Shown: positions 1 through 18,882, counted from the first letter of the stretch. The stretch: 64,000 nt of DNA from the human T2T-CHM13v2.0 reference genome, Homo sapiens (GCF_009914755.1 NC_060942.1); one strand, 5' to 3'. Notes: generated by a model from the sequence alone, not told the origin. Numbers and translations are program-made.

Positions 1-19
1 TTTTGTTAAATTTGGATTT

Positions 20-321
20 TCTTCTTCTTTTTTTTTTTTTTTTTTTTTTGAGACAGAGTCTCGCTCTGTCACCCAGGCTAGGGTGCAGTGGCGCGATCTC
101 GGCTCACTGCAAGCTCCACCCCCCGGGTTCACGCCATTCTCTTGCCTCAGCCTCCTGAGCAGCTGGGACTACAGGTGCCCGCCACATGCCTGGCTAATTT
201 TTTGTATTTTTAGTAGAGATGGGGTTTCACGGTGTTAGCCAGGTAACTCCTGACCTCATGATCCACCCATCTCGGCCTCCCAAAGTGCTGGGATTACAGG
301 TGTGAGCCACTGCGCCCGGCC
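20..321 (-). mobile_element. AluY-like SINE with a small internal deletion
   Basis: Poly-T tail then gagacagagtctcgctctgtc...gcaagctcc...ggttcacgccattct (AluY diagnostics) ...cccggcc; aaatttgg on both flanks (probable TSD). Confidence 0.93.
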
Positions 322-2201
322 AAATTTGGTCTTTCAAAGCAATGTTATTATTCAATATTATTTATACCACACAGATGTAAATGCTGTATTATGCTGAAAT
401 ATTTAAGCATTTGTTTTTGTGCCCCCAGTCAAATGATCACAGATCACATACATCTATGATATGTATATAATAGTGAAAATCCTACATCCCTGAGATAATT
501 ACTTGTTGATTTGATTTCTGCTATTTTCTGTTACTAGATATACTGCATTTATGTTTTTAAATAGAATTCACCTTGTGTGTGTAGTGCATACACATGTGAG
601 GTGTGCACACACACATGCACACATATGCCCTCATATGTGTGCATAAGCATACTCAGGTACACTTATTTTTGAGTTTATACTAGCTTTGTATGAGTAATTT
701 CTAGTTTTTTTGTGTTTTTGTTTTGAATCAATTTATATACTAAGGAAATTATGCATTCTTTCTTTTCCTTTCTGAACTATGAATTCTGGGCCCAGGGACT
801 TTATTAGAGGAATTCTTTGATGAAGTTCTTTGATAACCTTCTCATTAATTATTTGTATGACAAATATTTTAGTATTGATTTCTTCTAGAGTCAGTTTTGA
901 ATATTTCAGACCACACATTTTAAAAAATGATTTGAGATTGGCACTTCATTTTTGGTTTATATTATGTCATTAATTATAATTCCTGTTTTTTCTCCTGAGT
1001 TTTCCATATTCTGTTTATATCATTGTACTTTTTGAGTAGCTAAATATATTTTTAAAAATATTCTCATGCCATAGAAGAAAGAGCCTAAACACCTTTTGTG
1101 TGATCCATATCACTAGTTAGAATAAAGATCAAATAAACAATTTTAAATGCTATTAAGTTTTGATCAAATATTATTTCTCCACACCAGAATACCAAGTGAA
1201 TGATGTGAAGTGTAAACCAACCATTGTTGTGTTTCATGTTACTGTCATACACTTGTTTCCTTCAGCATAATGTTAGCAAAAATTGTGTGTGCAGTCATCA
1301 GATAAATTTTCTGGGCATGATTTCCTTCCAGATGTAATTTTATGATCATCCATTTTCCAATTTCCTATGAAATTCACTCATTTAGTAAGAATTTAGTGAA
1401 TATCTTCTGTGCACACTGCTTTGTACTGAAATTGGTGATTTAAAAAGAAGTTAAAATGTGTTCTTTATTAATACTTTTTGGGAACATTCATTGTACGTGT
1501 GCATCAAAGACATGCACATAGGAAGAATCTGCAACAATTTAATTTACATACAATATGAACTATAAAAATGTGTGATACAGAAACTGTGTCTAAAATAACA
1601 AACTAGCCCTGCAGGAAATAAATTAGAAAGACAATGAGAATCTGTACTTGAACTGGACATTGAATAATAAGTAAATTTTAAGAGCCAACAGGAATAGAAA
1701 GACAATTGGAAAATTAGGTATATGAAAATAATATTTTTTGAAAACCTCTTTTCTGTTTTTATTCCGTTAAAATTTTAGTATGTTGGCGCAAGATAAATCT
1801 AAGAGATTACCATAGAATAGTAAATATGTGCTATAGACCTTAATGGTTGTCTAATTGCAGAAGTTTATTATATGGTTTAAGTCTGTATTGATTCAGAAAA
1901 AAATGCATTATTTTTATATTTACTTTCCCTGCTGAGTCATTTGGCCTTCTTTTTAGAAATGTATATGGGTTATTCACATTATATCAACCACATGTATAGA
2001 CAATTGAAGAAAGCTGTAAACAAAAAGAAATTGCTCTGATCCTCACATAATTTATATTCTAGGAACAAAAGATACAATTTAATAAACAAGTCAGATAATA
2101 TGCACTTTATGACAGGAGACATTATCCATGTCAAAGGTTCATAAACAGTCCCCTGGATATGACCACGGCATGCCAATGTATGTATTGTGGAAATATCATA
2201 A

Positions 2202-2764
2202 TGTTGTAACCGAGCGAGTTGTAGTTAACTGCCACACTATGAGACGAATTCAGGAGTCCTTTATTAGCCGGCAACCGAGAGACCCTTAGTGCTCAAAATT
2301 CTCTTGGCCCCGGAGAAGGGGCTAGATTTTCTTTTATACTTTGGTTTAGAAAGGGGAGAGGGAGCTTAGCTGAAGCAATCAGCTGAGTAAAAAAGGCAAA
2401 AAAGTTAAAAGGACAAATGGTTACGGGAAAACCAACAGTTCCAGGTGCAGGGGCTTTAAATCCATCACAAGGTGATAGACCTGGGGGCTTTGGGTGCTAT
2501 CAACGGGACACAAACCCCGGGGGCTTTGGGTCCTATCAACCGGGCGAATTCCTGGGAACTGCGGATATAGCTTGCCACAGTGTCTTATCAGTTAATCGTG
2601 TTCTTTGATGTGCTGGGAGTCAGCCTGCACAAGTTAAGTCCTTGAGAAAGCGGGGTGGGTAAGAGGCTGCAAGGGGCTGCAAGTGAAGGAGCCAAACTGG
2701 AGTTTGTGTGGCTCTCTCAGCTAAGGGAGAGTCAATTCAGGTTAAAACAAGGCAGGATATCACA
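2202..2764 (-). mobile_element. Solo LTR, LTR6A/LTR6B type (HERV-S/ERV1)
   Basis: Minus strand starts TGTGATATCCTGCCTTGTTTTAACCTGAATTGACTC and ends CTCGCTCGGTTACAACA, matching the recalled LTR6 consensus; TATAAAA and AATAAA on the minus strand; 4-bp TSD ataa at 2198-2201 and 2765-2768. Confidence 0.88.
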
Positions 2765-3102
2765 ATAAGACCTTCCGTGTGAAAAAGAATTGAAAGGAAT
2801 CCTAGACTCGAGCAAATATGTAAAAAGTTTTTATAGAATGTTAAGCAGGAAATGATTGTGATTTGAAATAACAGGTTATAGGTGGGAATGGAAAGAGTAA
2901 ATAGACCAAGGAAACATTTGAGAGAAACATACTTTCTGATGTTGTATTTATGCTGCAAGGGAACAGAGAAAAGGTATAAATGATTGTTTTTCAAATTTTT
3001 GGCTTAAAAATGTGTTAATCCAGTGCCTGATACAGGGGGTATTAGTTAAGACTAACTGCTTTGGTTGCCAGGTAAAGAAACTCTACTTTGTCAGGAAAAG
3101 GC

Positions 3103-3289
3103 GGGAGTCAATAAACTATGATCCACAGCTAAATTGGTCTTGCCATCTGTTTTTGTAAATCAAGTTTAACTGCAACACAGCCATATCCATCACTGGAGCT
3201 TAATAGTTGCACCCAAACCTTATGTTCCATAAAACCTAAAATATTTGCAATCTAGCCCTTTACAGAAGATGCTTACTGACCTTGGGCTA
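3103..3289 (+). mobile_element. MER58A-like hAT-Charlie MITE
   Basis: ...ctgtttttgtaaatcaagttt...aacacagccat...aaaacctaaaatatttgcaatctagccctttacagaa matches recalled MER58 motifs. Confidence 0.7.
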
Positions 3290-5275
3290 AAACAGAAAAT
3301 TAAAATTCGTCAGTGTTCAACGTGTTTTCAGGTGTTCAGACAGTGTTATCCGGACTCTGCCTCTGCATCTTTCAGTTCTGCCTCAACATCAGCTCCTGCT
3401 TCAGTAGGCTCAGAAGGTGCTTCATGAGACAGCAACATTACCCTATCCATTTAGAATCCAGAGGGAGTAAACTTTGTCCAAAAATTTTAGCTAAGTTCAT
3501 GGAAGTCACTGTCTGTACTGAGGTCTGGATTTCATGGCATCTATGGAGTTATAGGTGGAATAAAGTCATTTGGACTGATTTCTCCAAAGGAAAATCATGG
3601 TACTATTATTACCCACACCTGATGTCCAGCATATTGGGAACATAGGAGAAGCATAAGGTCTTGAAAGAGAAAAAAATACTTAATTTTAGTCATAATGAGT
3701 TAAAAAGATACAGTAATTAAAAAAATGAATACTCATGCAGAACATATGAGCTAGATAAAGTTTTGGTCTTTGGAGAATTTTATCTATATTGACTCTATTG
3801 TCTCTCACAATGCTGCTGTGAAATACATATCTCCATTTTTCAGATGAGAAAATTTAGGGAAACTGATATTCAGAAATAATAGCAACCAGCTAATACTGTT
3901 TATTTACTATTTGCTAAATAATTTCCCAAATAAATTTTTAAAGTAATTATCTTTCCTGGCAATGAATAATTATCGAGAAGTCACTGTTACAAGCATCAAA
4001 TGCCTAGCTATGTACAAAAAGACAAAGTTTCTGCTGTCTGGGAAATCATGCTACTATGACATAATAGTAAGCAGGTAGAAAAAGTTGGCTTTCAATACTT
4101 AAATACCATCAGCAAAGTGTGACGGGAGGCCTTCATTTTAAATGAATGCTGTATGTTTAGCCCAACTCCCTCTAAACATAACTGATATATGAATTGATAT
4201 CATACTAGATATTTCTGTTTTTGAGTCTCAGCATAATTTCGAGTGGAGAAAAAATATACATACATCTTTATCTGCGGTGAGATGCTCCCTCTATGTAGAG
4301 AAAATTGAAATAGAATTGTGTTGTTTCAGAAAAGCAAGATTAAATTTCTTTTGTTTAATAAATGTAAATTATTTACTTATTGAAAGTAGGTAAGGGAAAG
4401 ATCGTGATCACAGTTAATGATTATTGAGTCCTTGAAAAACACCAAATAGTCTTCACTTAAAGCATCTTTAGATTGACTGGCATTATTATAAACCTATTTT
4501 ACCAGCATAGAAATTCTTGTGGTCAGCGGGCTGTTAATGCACCATATGCCGTATAGTCAGGATTTGAACCCAGTGAGATACAGCTAGAATAGCATGCTTC
4601 TACTCACCACACCATGATGCCTCCATAGAACCCCGTGGTTTTCATTGGTGCTTCTTGTTCTCTTGTCTCAACTGTGAAAACATCTGAGACTTTGCAGTTG
4701 ACTCAGAGAAGTAGAAAGGAAATTGCAGCCCCTTTCCTGATAATATCAGGGATAGGAAAGTGACTGCAAACATTGAACACAATTTTAAGAGTAAGAAATG
4801 CTTGGACTCACTATTTCCTGAATCGCATAGTGCAGAATATGAATTCAGGCAGTGGCTGACTTTGTCCTTCAGCTGTATAAACAAGGCAGTAGACTCCAGG
4901 AGGGAATCTGAGATAAGTTTTTTAATTTGTTTTAGTTATTAGTTTTGTAACCTGTGACACCTGGAGGTGCAGTTTCTGTGGTCCTCTTTAACGCTAAACG
5001 GATTATGGAGCAAGTTGATAATAGTCCATCACCTAGAAAACAGTTACGAAGAACAGGCCTCAAAAAACAACTTCATTAACGTCTATGTTTTTGGAAAAGA
5101 AATTCTCCCTTATGCTTTTCACAGTTACAGAAATCTCAGGCACAAGAAAGCCTTTTCCTAAGTATTAGCATATGCATTTTTTTAAAACAATGAGAATGTT
5201 TTAAATGTTACAAAGAAAATATAAGGAGACATAATAGTTACATTTCAATAATACACTTATGTACAAAGTAGTAAA

Positions 5276-5321
5276 AATCGTATGTTGTAATAGATGGGAA
5301 TCGTATGTTGTAATAGATGGG
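5276..5321. repeat. Perfect 23-bp tandem duplication
   Basis: aatcgtatgttgtaatagatggg x2. Confidence 0.97.
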
Positions 5322-7475
5322 AAATCATAATTTGGTTCAAAATATTTGGAGCATGTTCATTAATCTAGATTAATACATTGTCTATTTAATTTAGATAGAA
5401 ATAACATTTTTATTTTATAATTATATAAGAACATAGCTATTTTTCAAATTTATACATTATTTCCTTAGAATCTGAAACTAAAATTTGGTTTTAACTGTAT
5501 TGTCACCTTAGTTTTTCTTTTCAGAGATATGTAGTTTAGGTCAGCTTAGTAATATCCAGAATTTACACGTGTAAAATTTAGCAGGATTTTAAGATATACC
5601 GATATTGTCAAGAAAGTATTAAATAAATCATAAATTAATGAAAATTAATGATAAAATAATACTAACAATAATCATGGAAAACATTGATCTTACTATCCTT
5701 GAAATACCAAAGAATTGGCACAATGATGGGATTTTTTTAGATTAAATGATCTAAATAATTGCTTCCGTCTTCTATTATACTTTCCCAAACTAGATTCTTA
5801 GGACTTTATGATATGTGGTAGTTAAGAGTATACAGAATGGAAGAAATAACTTCCAGTAAGTTGTTTGCTTAACATACTTATCACAGTTCTCACTTATAAG
5901 CTAATTTAAGCAATCTTTTTTAGGTATGCATGTTCTAAGCTAAATCTAACATGGTTTTATTTTCTGATCTCAAAGAAGATAAATCTTAATTCTACTGAAG
6001 ATATTGTTATCAATATCACTGTCTCATAAGCTTGCTAATATTTAGATATTGTGATACATACATGCATACATACTTGATAAAATATAGGAGTAGACATACC
6101 TAGAAACAGATCTACCTTTTTTAATGAGGCTTTAGCTCATGGCAACTTGTGCACAAAGAAAGCATGACTGTAGCATCCATAGTAATAATATACAGGAGTA
6201 ATCCTACTTCATTGAAGTACATTTATGAAAGGATAGCATTGTACCACAAGAAAAGTCATAAATTATAATGATACTGGTGAATGGATTTGTTAGAGAAAAT
6301 AAGTAAAATGGTATTCAATTTGTGAGAATCATTTAACACTCAAAATTTTATTTTTCTCACTAACTTCTACAAAACTTTCTATTGTTTTTTTCTGGGATTT
6401 GACTTCTCCATTTGGCGAGCTGTCATTTTGACAGGGGTTAACACCAAAGATCATCTTTCTGGAGGGCCATTTTACTAGAAAGCTTGAAGACAGCTGTGGT
6501 GGGATTTGCTTTATATTAAACCCAGTTTAGAGGAGAATGCAAAGTCCCCAGGTATACTGTTAAAGCAGGGCGTTTCAAAGTAACATCTTGCTTGGTTGCC
6601 GCTGTGAACTGCTATATCTTTATATTGTTGAAGCAGTATTTTTTTTCCTCTGCCATTAAAGGTATTAATTGTAAGTGCTTGAAAAGAACTTGTAACAAAG
6701 CACCTCTGCTCCTACTATCATTTATTTAGTTTTAGCTTTCAAAACATAGAGAAGTAACTGTTGTTTTATTTTTATATAATAGCACTTTAAAATGTTTATT
6801 TTTATGCTGTTCCTAAACAAAGTCATAAAGTCATCTCCATTAGAGATCTTTCTGCTTATTTCAAACATCAAAAATTATCCATATGTGCTGAATAATTTTC
6901 ACACTGTATGAAAGCTTCGGGTTTTCCTTATAATTTTTCCCAATATAGAATTTTGAATCTACATGGTTTAAGTAGTCCAGACCTTTGGTACCCAGATATG
7001 GGTGAATTAATCATCGATGACTAATATATATTTTATATAGTTTGAATTTTATTAATTTGTATAATGAAGGGAACTTCAGCCTGTTGTATTCCATGGGAAA
7101 GCAATCATCTGATGTACAGTGTTTACTTCCCAGCTTTGCAACTATAGTGACTGGAAATGATGAAGTAGTTCCCAGAATTTCAGTGTTAATTACAGTGTAG
7201 TACATCATTGGCACCTTGTTTTAGAAAAGAAAAACTTTTCAAGATTTGTATTACATTACCATCTACTTCAAATGCAGTTTAATTGTATAAGAAACACATT
7301 GTTTTTACAATTTTGATTTTGAGTATTTTCCTACTAAACGATATCAAAGATATTTAATGTTTTCAAAGCATGTTTTTGTAAACATGTTTTGAAAGAAATA
7401 AAGAAATGAATCATCCTAATAAATATTTTTAAATTGTTTTAGATCTGGGATATTGTAGCTGTTATTGTGATACTC

Positions 7476-7920
7476 TGTCAGTTTTCCTCTTCGGGGCCTC
7501 CAAGAAAACCATTTCCCAGTTTATGAAGAAAACCATTTACAGCTTCATCACTCAATTAGGAATTGCTCTCAACCACAGGAAACTGCATAGTCAAGAGTAT
7601 GCCCATTGTGTGAATGCATCCTGAGGTCCATTGTTGTCCTATGGTGGGGATATCAAAGTTGAACTCTTACAACTCAATTTGGAGCAACGTGAAGGCTCAT
7701 TTTAAGTCCAGAGCTGTTTATAGAATCAGCAGAATCCTCCATTGTCACCTTATTGTTTGGCAGCTTCCCCCTCTGTCTAATCCTGCATTTCTCACTTCTT
7801 TACAGGTGTGTATCTCAAGATCACTCCACAACAAAGATTCTGCCTGCAGTCCTCCACTTCAAGGTCTGTTCCAGGAAACCTGTGTAACACAGTTATGCAT
7901 AGAGTGGTCTTGGGAAGCTG
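7476..7920 (+). mobile_element. LTR16-family (ERVL) LTR followed by the start of internal sequence
   Basis: Diverged LTR16-like motifs (tcctgcatttctcacttctttacaggtgtg...gtctgttccaggaaacc...aaca) followed by ERVL leader-like agagtggtcttgggaagc. Confidence 0.6.
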
Positions 7921-8501
7921 ACTGTGACATGAAAATTTAGAGTTGGATCTTTTGCTGACGTATTGAATATTCGTAAAAGCGTATGATACGTTTGTCTACC
8001 ATAAACATGTCATTTCAAAAAACCCTCAAAGTTGCCTTGTAGAACATAATTTTAAAACTAGTGTGTAGGAATATTTCATATCAGTTATTCAGTCTTCTTA
8101 ATATCTGAATCCAAATTAATCTTCCATTCTGCTTTCATTTATAAATAATATGATTTATTGTCAGATTCAATAATCTATATTTTCATTTATTCTGAAGTAG
8201 GAAATACCAGCATAAAAATAAATTGTTTGAAACAAATCACATTGCTGTCCCATTTTACCATTACTCACATGTAGAAGATAATTGTTTTTAACAAAAACAA
8301 TAAGAGAAACAGAAACTACCAATTATTAACTGATGCTTACTGGAAGCTTTAGAAGGATTTTCTTACTTAACTTTCAATCAAGTTTTTCATGGACATTGTT
8401 GTTATTGACAAATAATTTTAATTTATCAAATCCTCACAGCAAATTATAGGTGCCATTATTAACAGATTTTTTTTAAAAACCTGATTCATAGAAAAGGTTA
8501 A

Positions 8502-8919
8502 TGGTATGGTTTGGATCTTTAACTCCATCAAATCTCATGTTGAATTGTATTCCCCAGTGCTGGAAGTGGGGCCTGGTGGGAGGTGATTAAATTATGGAGG
8601 TGGAGTTCTCGTGAATGCTATAGCACCATTCCTTTGGTGCTGTCTTGTGATTGAGTTTTCATGACATTTGGTTGTTTAAAAGTTTGTGGCACCTTTCCCA
8701 TCTCTCTCTCCTGCTCTTCCTGCAGCCAGGTGAAGGGCTGTTCCCCCTTCGCCTTCTGCCATGACTGTAAATTTCCTGAGGCCTCCCCAAAAGCTGAGCA
8801 GATGTCATCATCATGCTTCCTTAACAGCCGATGGAATTACGAGTCAATTAAATCTATTTTCCTTATAAATTACCAGTTTTTGGTTTTTCTTCATAGCAGT
8901 GAGGAAATGAACTAATTCA
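8502..8919 (+). mobile_element. MaLR solo LTR (MSTB/MSTA type)
   Basis: tggtatggtttgg...aaatctcatgttgaattgta...gccttctgccatgactgtaaatttcctgaggcctcccc...aactaattca. Confidence 0.88.
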
Positions 8920-9112
8920 GCTAGTAAGTGACAAATGCCATAAAAATAGCAAATAGCACACGAAGATATCCAACCTAGACTAGGGGACTCCAGAACCTAA
9001 GGATTTCTAAAAGCATAGGTTTTTAAGAGTGTGAAGAAAGTAAGCCTGGGACACATTTAGGAACTCAATTACATAAGTAATAAAAATCATATATAGACTA
9101 TTTAAATTTAGA

Positions 9113-9158
9113 AGAGGAGGAGGAGAGGAGAAAGACGAAGAGGAGGAGGAGGAAGAAG
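9113..9158. repeat. (GGA)n-like purine-rich tract
   Basis: agaggaggaggagaggagaaagacgaagaggaggaggaggaagaag. Confidence 0.85.
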
Positions 9159-9320
9159 ACATTCTGGCTTAGCACATTTACTCTAGTCTGTAGGGAAAGC
9201 TCAGTTATACCCGTTCCCCACTAACCCTAAGAGGAGCTCTAATGTTCATAAGGGGCTTTCTCAAGGACTCAAATAAATCCTCAGGGATACAAAATAGGGT
9301 GGGATACCAAGCAGTAGAGT

Positions 9321-9325
9321 TGTGT

Positions 9326-9369
<44 letters not shown>
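9321..9369. repeat. (TG)n microsatellite
   Basis: Direct reading. Confidence 0.97.
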
Positions 9370-9371
<2 letters not shown>

Positions 9372-10360
9372 GACAAATAGATGAAAAATTTTATTTTCTT
9401 TTGAGACATAATCATTTTGTTTGGAGAGTCTCTCTTTTTCTCTCGATTTTCTCTTTCTCTCCTTCTCTGTCTTTTTCTTTCTCACTTTCCCTTTGCAATA
9501 CTAGTGAAGTAAGACAAAATGAAATGAGCATGGGGTCTTTCTCTAGCTTGATAGATCGTTTGTTATTATTTGTTTCTTCATTACAAACTGCCCTGTTAAA
9601 CTTTCATGGCTTAAAACAAAATAATATATCTTGTTCCTGTGGGGGCAGCTTGTGGTCTTAATCCTAACCGGCCCTCTGATATCTTAGATTCTTTCTTTCC
9701 TATTTGTGAATAAAACTTCTGCTCCAGTAGGATGAGCCTGTTTCCCTTGTGACTGCCTGATTAATCTATTGTTTTATATCCCAGTTTTTAGAAGCAGGCA
9801 GATTATATTACTGGTATTAAAATATTTTTGACACTAAAGGTAGTATCTTCAGTTTTTACTTATAAGTTACTTTATGTACAGCTTGGATTAAATTACATGG
9901 ATTGAGTTTCCATAGCTTTCACCATAGTGAAAATGGAAAACAGGGAGCATTCCACAGCAAACCCTGAACTTCTAGAGAGTTAATTGTCTGAGCAAAGCAA
10001 GCATTCATGCTAATTTGTTTGTGTGTGTGGGTCAGTGACAGATGAGCATGGTACTTGAACCATAATTGTACTTCTTCAGATTCCAATATCCAGTAATTTT
10101 ATCACATAGATACACTAATATTAAATCCCTAAACCTACTTGAGTCTACTGTGTATTCATATTTTAAAATAATGTTTTCCAGCTTCCAAATACGTGTTATA
10201 TTTTTTTCTGAATTAGAAACGTTGTTTGGATTGAGTTAAAAGGATCATTTTTTATATGTTTATTATGTCTTAAAAGTGTTTGCATTGTTACCTAGCTTGT
10301 CTTTTCTCTTTCAATGTGAATTTTTACTGGTTTATTGTATGTTGTTTATTTTCATTTTAT

Positions 10361-10426
10361 GAAGCCATTATTATTTAGAGGGCAATGATGGAACTGTACC
10401 AGCAGAAATTGAAGTACCAGCAGAAG
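10361..10426 (+). pseudogene. GTF2IP: GTF2I pseudogene fragment, copy A: exon-11-like segment
   Basis: Translates SHYYLEGNDGTVPAEIEVPAE versus TFII-I SHHSSEGNEGTEMEVPAE; the acceptor reads AT and the donor GA, so both are dead. Confidence 0.82.
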
Positions 10427-10459
10427 GATAGGAGAAAAAGAGATTTTATATTTTACTGT

Positions 10460-11096
<637 letters not shown>

Positions 11097-11099
11097 AAT

Positions 11100-11700
11100 T
11101 TTAGATACCTTATATAAGTGGACTTGTACAATATTTTTCCTTTTGTGTCTGGTTTATTTCCCTTAGCATAATGTTATCAAGGCTCATTTATAACACTAAA
11201 AGATTTTCCTTTAAAAAAAAAAAAAATATATATATATATATATATATTTGTAGAGATGAGGTCTTGCCATGTTGTCCAGCCTGGTCTCAAAATTCTGGGC
11301 TCAAGTGACCTGCCCACATTAGCCTCCCAAAGCGCTGGGATTACAAGTGTAAGCCACCAAACCTGGCCAGATTTTTTTTCTTTTTATGGCTGAATAATAT
11401 TCTGTGTATGTATATATTACATTTTCTTTATTCATTCACCTACTGATGGGCATTTGGGTTGGTTTTACCTTTTGGCCACTGTGAATAATGTTGCTATTAA
11501 ACAGGTGTACAAATACCTGTTTGAGTCTCTGCTGTCAGTTTTTTGGGCATATACCCTTAAAGGGTGTTGTTGGATCATATGATAAGTCTACGCTTAGTAT
11601 TTTGAGGAAATGCCAAACCATTTCCCACAGGGGGCTGACATTCCAAACAGCAATGCATAAAGTTTCCAATTTCTCTATATGCTTACTGACAGTTAATATT
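11100..11700 (-). mobile_element. Old L1 (L1MB-like) 3' region containing an Alu monomer (about 11245-11368)
   Basis: Minus-strand ORF2 C-terminal remnant (KLETLCIAVWN...PLWEMVWHFLK..SYDP). Confidence 0.75.
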
Positions 11701-12259
11701 TTCTGTGTATGTATTGTATTTTTATAGTGTTTGAAATTCATCTGAGGGTTTTTACTGATACCAAAATATTAGAAAAGGTTTTCCAAAGAAAATAATATGC
11801 TGTATTATAAAGACTTTTACATATTACGTGATGCCCTGTGATCTATTTTGTCAGTAAGAAGAGGAACTTCTCTCCACCCAGCCTCATTCCACTGCACCCA
11901 CTCTTTTCTGTGTAGGGTTATGGACGGGAGTAAAGGAGCTTGGCACCTCTTTCCTGTGTTGATGTGGTAGCCCATCACTGGGTTGTAAAGCGCCTTGCCT
12001 CCTCTTTTATTTGGGAGAAATATACTGGGTGACGTGTATTTATTTTCGGAGTGATACTGATCTAACTTTATGGAAATAATACTAGCTAGAAAGTTAGGGA
12101 ATGGATTTTCTATCTGATGAGAGTTTTGGGCAAATCGAATACCTAGTTTCTGAGCCTTATTTTTTCTCTGAGGCAAGAAAACTGTAAATTAGCTAGTGAA
12201 AAACTCTCACAGCTCTGGATATGGGTTTAGGGCACTGGATTTTTACCACTTACTTTCTT

Positions 12260-12796
<537 letters not shown>

Positions 12797-12879
12797 TGAT
12801 TTGTTTTTGTAGAACATACAATTTTATGTTTTTAAGTTCTAATGAGTAGTTTTTTTTTTTTCTTGAATAGTAGTTATGG

Positions 12880-13530
<651 letters not shown>

Positions 13531-13537
13531 TGTACAT

Positions 13538-17180
<3,643 letters not shown>

Positions 17181-17333
17181 TGAAGTTTTACACCATTTTA
17201 TGATTCATCAAACACAGCAACTGAATACTGGCATATAGCAACATTACAGAGGTTAGTCTAAGATAAAACTCATAAAAGAGTAAAAGGAAGGAAAGGAGAA
17301 AGGATACCAAGCTATATAAAGATTTTAAAAACA

Positions 17334-17722
<389 letters not shown>

Positions 17723-18169
17723 TCACCTAGTACACTACAATGGCATAGATGTGACAGATACTCAATGAAATGATTATAACTTCTGATGTATGTTATTTTT
17801 GTTGTTCATTTATTAATCTAGTGAAAGCCAGCCAATAGATGGAATGACATTCACCTGTAAAACTTCCAAGATCCCATCCAAGCTTAGTGTCCTCTGAAGT
17901 TCTCCATAATTGATTGTCTGTTCCCACCAACATTTAGCATAAGCTCTAGAAGCTTATATTGTTAATCATCCTTCTATGTTTATGTGCTGACTTGCAAATA
18001 AATGGGCCTATGTGGCCTTTATCTTCACAGCCCTAATAATATCTACATAATGTAATAAATTTGTTATAAACCTGATGTTTCATACAATTATGTCTTATCA
18101 CCTATGTTCTGGTAAAAGAATTGCTCATTTTTGCTTAAGCTTTTCTGACTCTCCATTGCCTGCTGAATA

Positions 18170-18675
18170 CAGTAAGTTCTTACTTAGTGTGAGGATTTAA
18201 TATGTTCTTGAAAACTGTGACTTGTAATTAAACCAATTTTACCATAGCCTAATTGATAGAAATAGTTTCTATGGCATATTTCTGGTCACAAAAACATCAC
18301 CAAACTTGGAAAGCCCCAAAACACTTACAATATTAAACACTGAAATAAATGTGCGCTCTACATACGTTTAAGAAAAATTAGGTCAGGCTCAGTGGCTCAT
18401 GACTGTAATCCCAGCACTTTGGGAGGCCCAGGTAGAAGGATCACTTGAGGTCAGTAGATTGAGAGCAGCCTGGCCAACACGGCAAAACCTTGTCTCTACT
18501 AAAAATACAAAAAATTAGCTGGGTGTGAGGCTGAGGCAGGAGAATCGCCTGAACGTGGGGGGAAGTGGAGGTTGCAGTGAGTTGAGATGGAGCCACTGCA
18601 CTCCAGCCTGGGTGACAGAGCAAGACACCATTTCAAAAAATAAATAAATAAATAAATGAAAAATTAATAAAAATA
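18170..18675 (+). mobile_element. MER6-like Tigger fragment interrupted by an internally deleted AluS (18381-18658)
   Basis: ta|cagtaagttcttactt...aaaccaattttaccatagcctaattgat...ggcatatttctggtcacaaaaacatcaccaaactt matches recalled MER6. Confidence 0.78.
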
Positions 18676-18882
18676 TTACCAGGGCCACCCTGATGAAATA
18701 ACTGGCAAAGTTCTTTTTCTTACTCTGTTTCTTTAGTTTCTTTATTTGTAGGCACAGCTGCATAAAGAAACCAGATGGCCCAATAGCACCAGAGCTTCTC
18801 CACCCCTGACCAGATATCAGAAGGAGATAAGATCTCCAACCAGCACAAACTTGAACAGGTGACCCCTAGTTGCTTTTAGATC

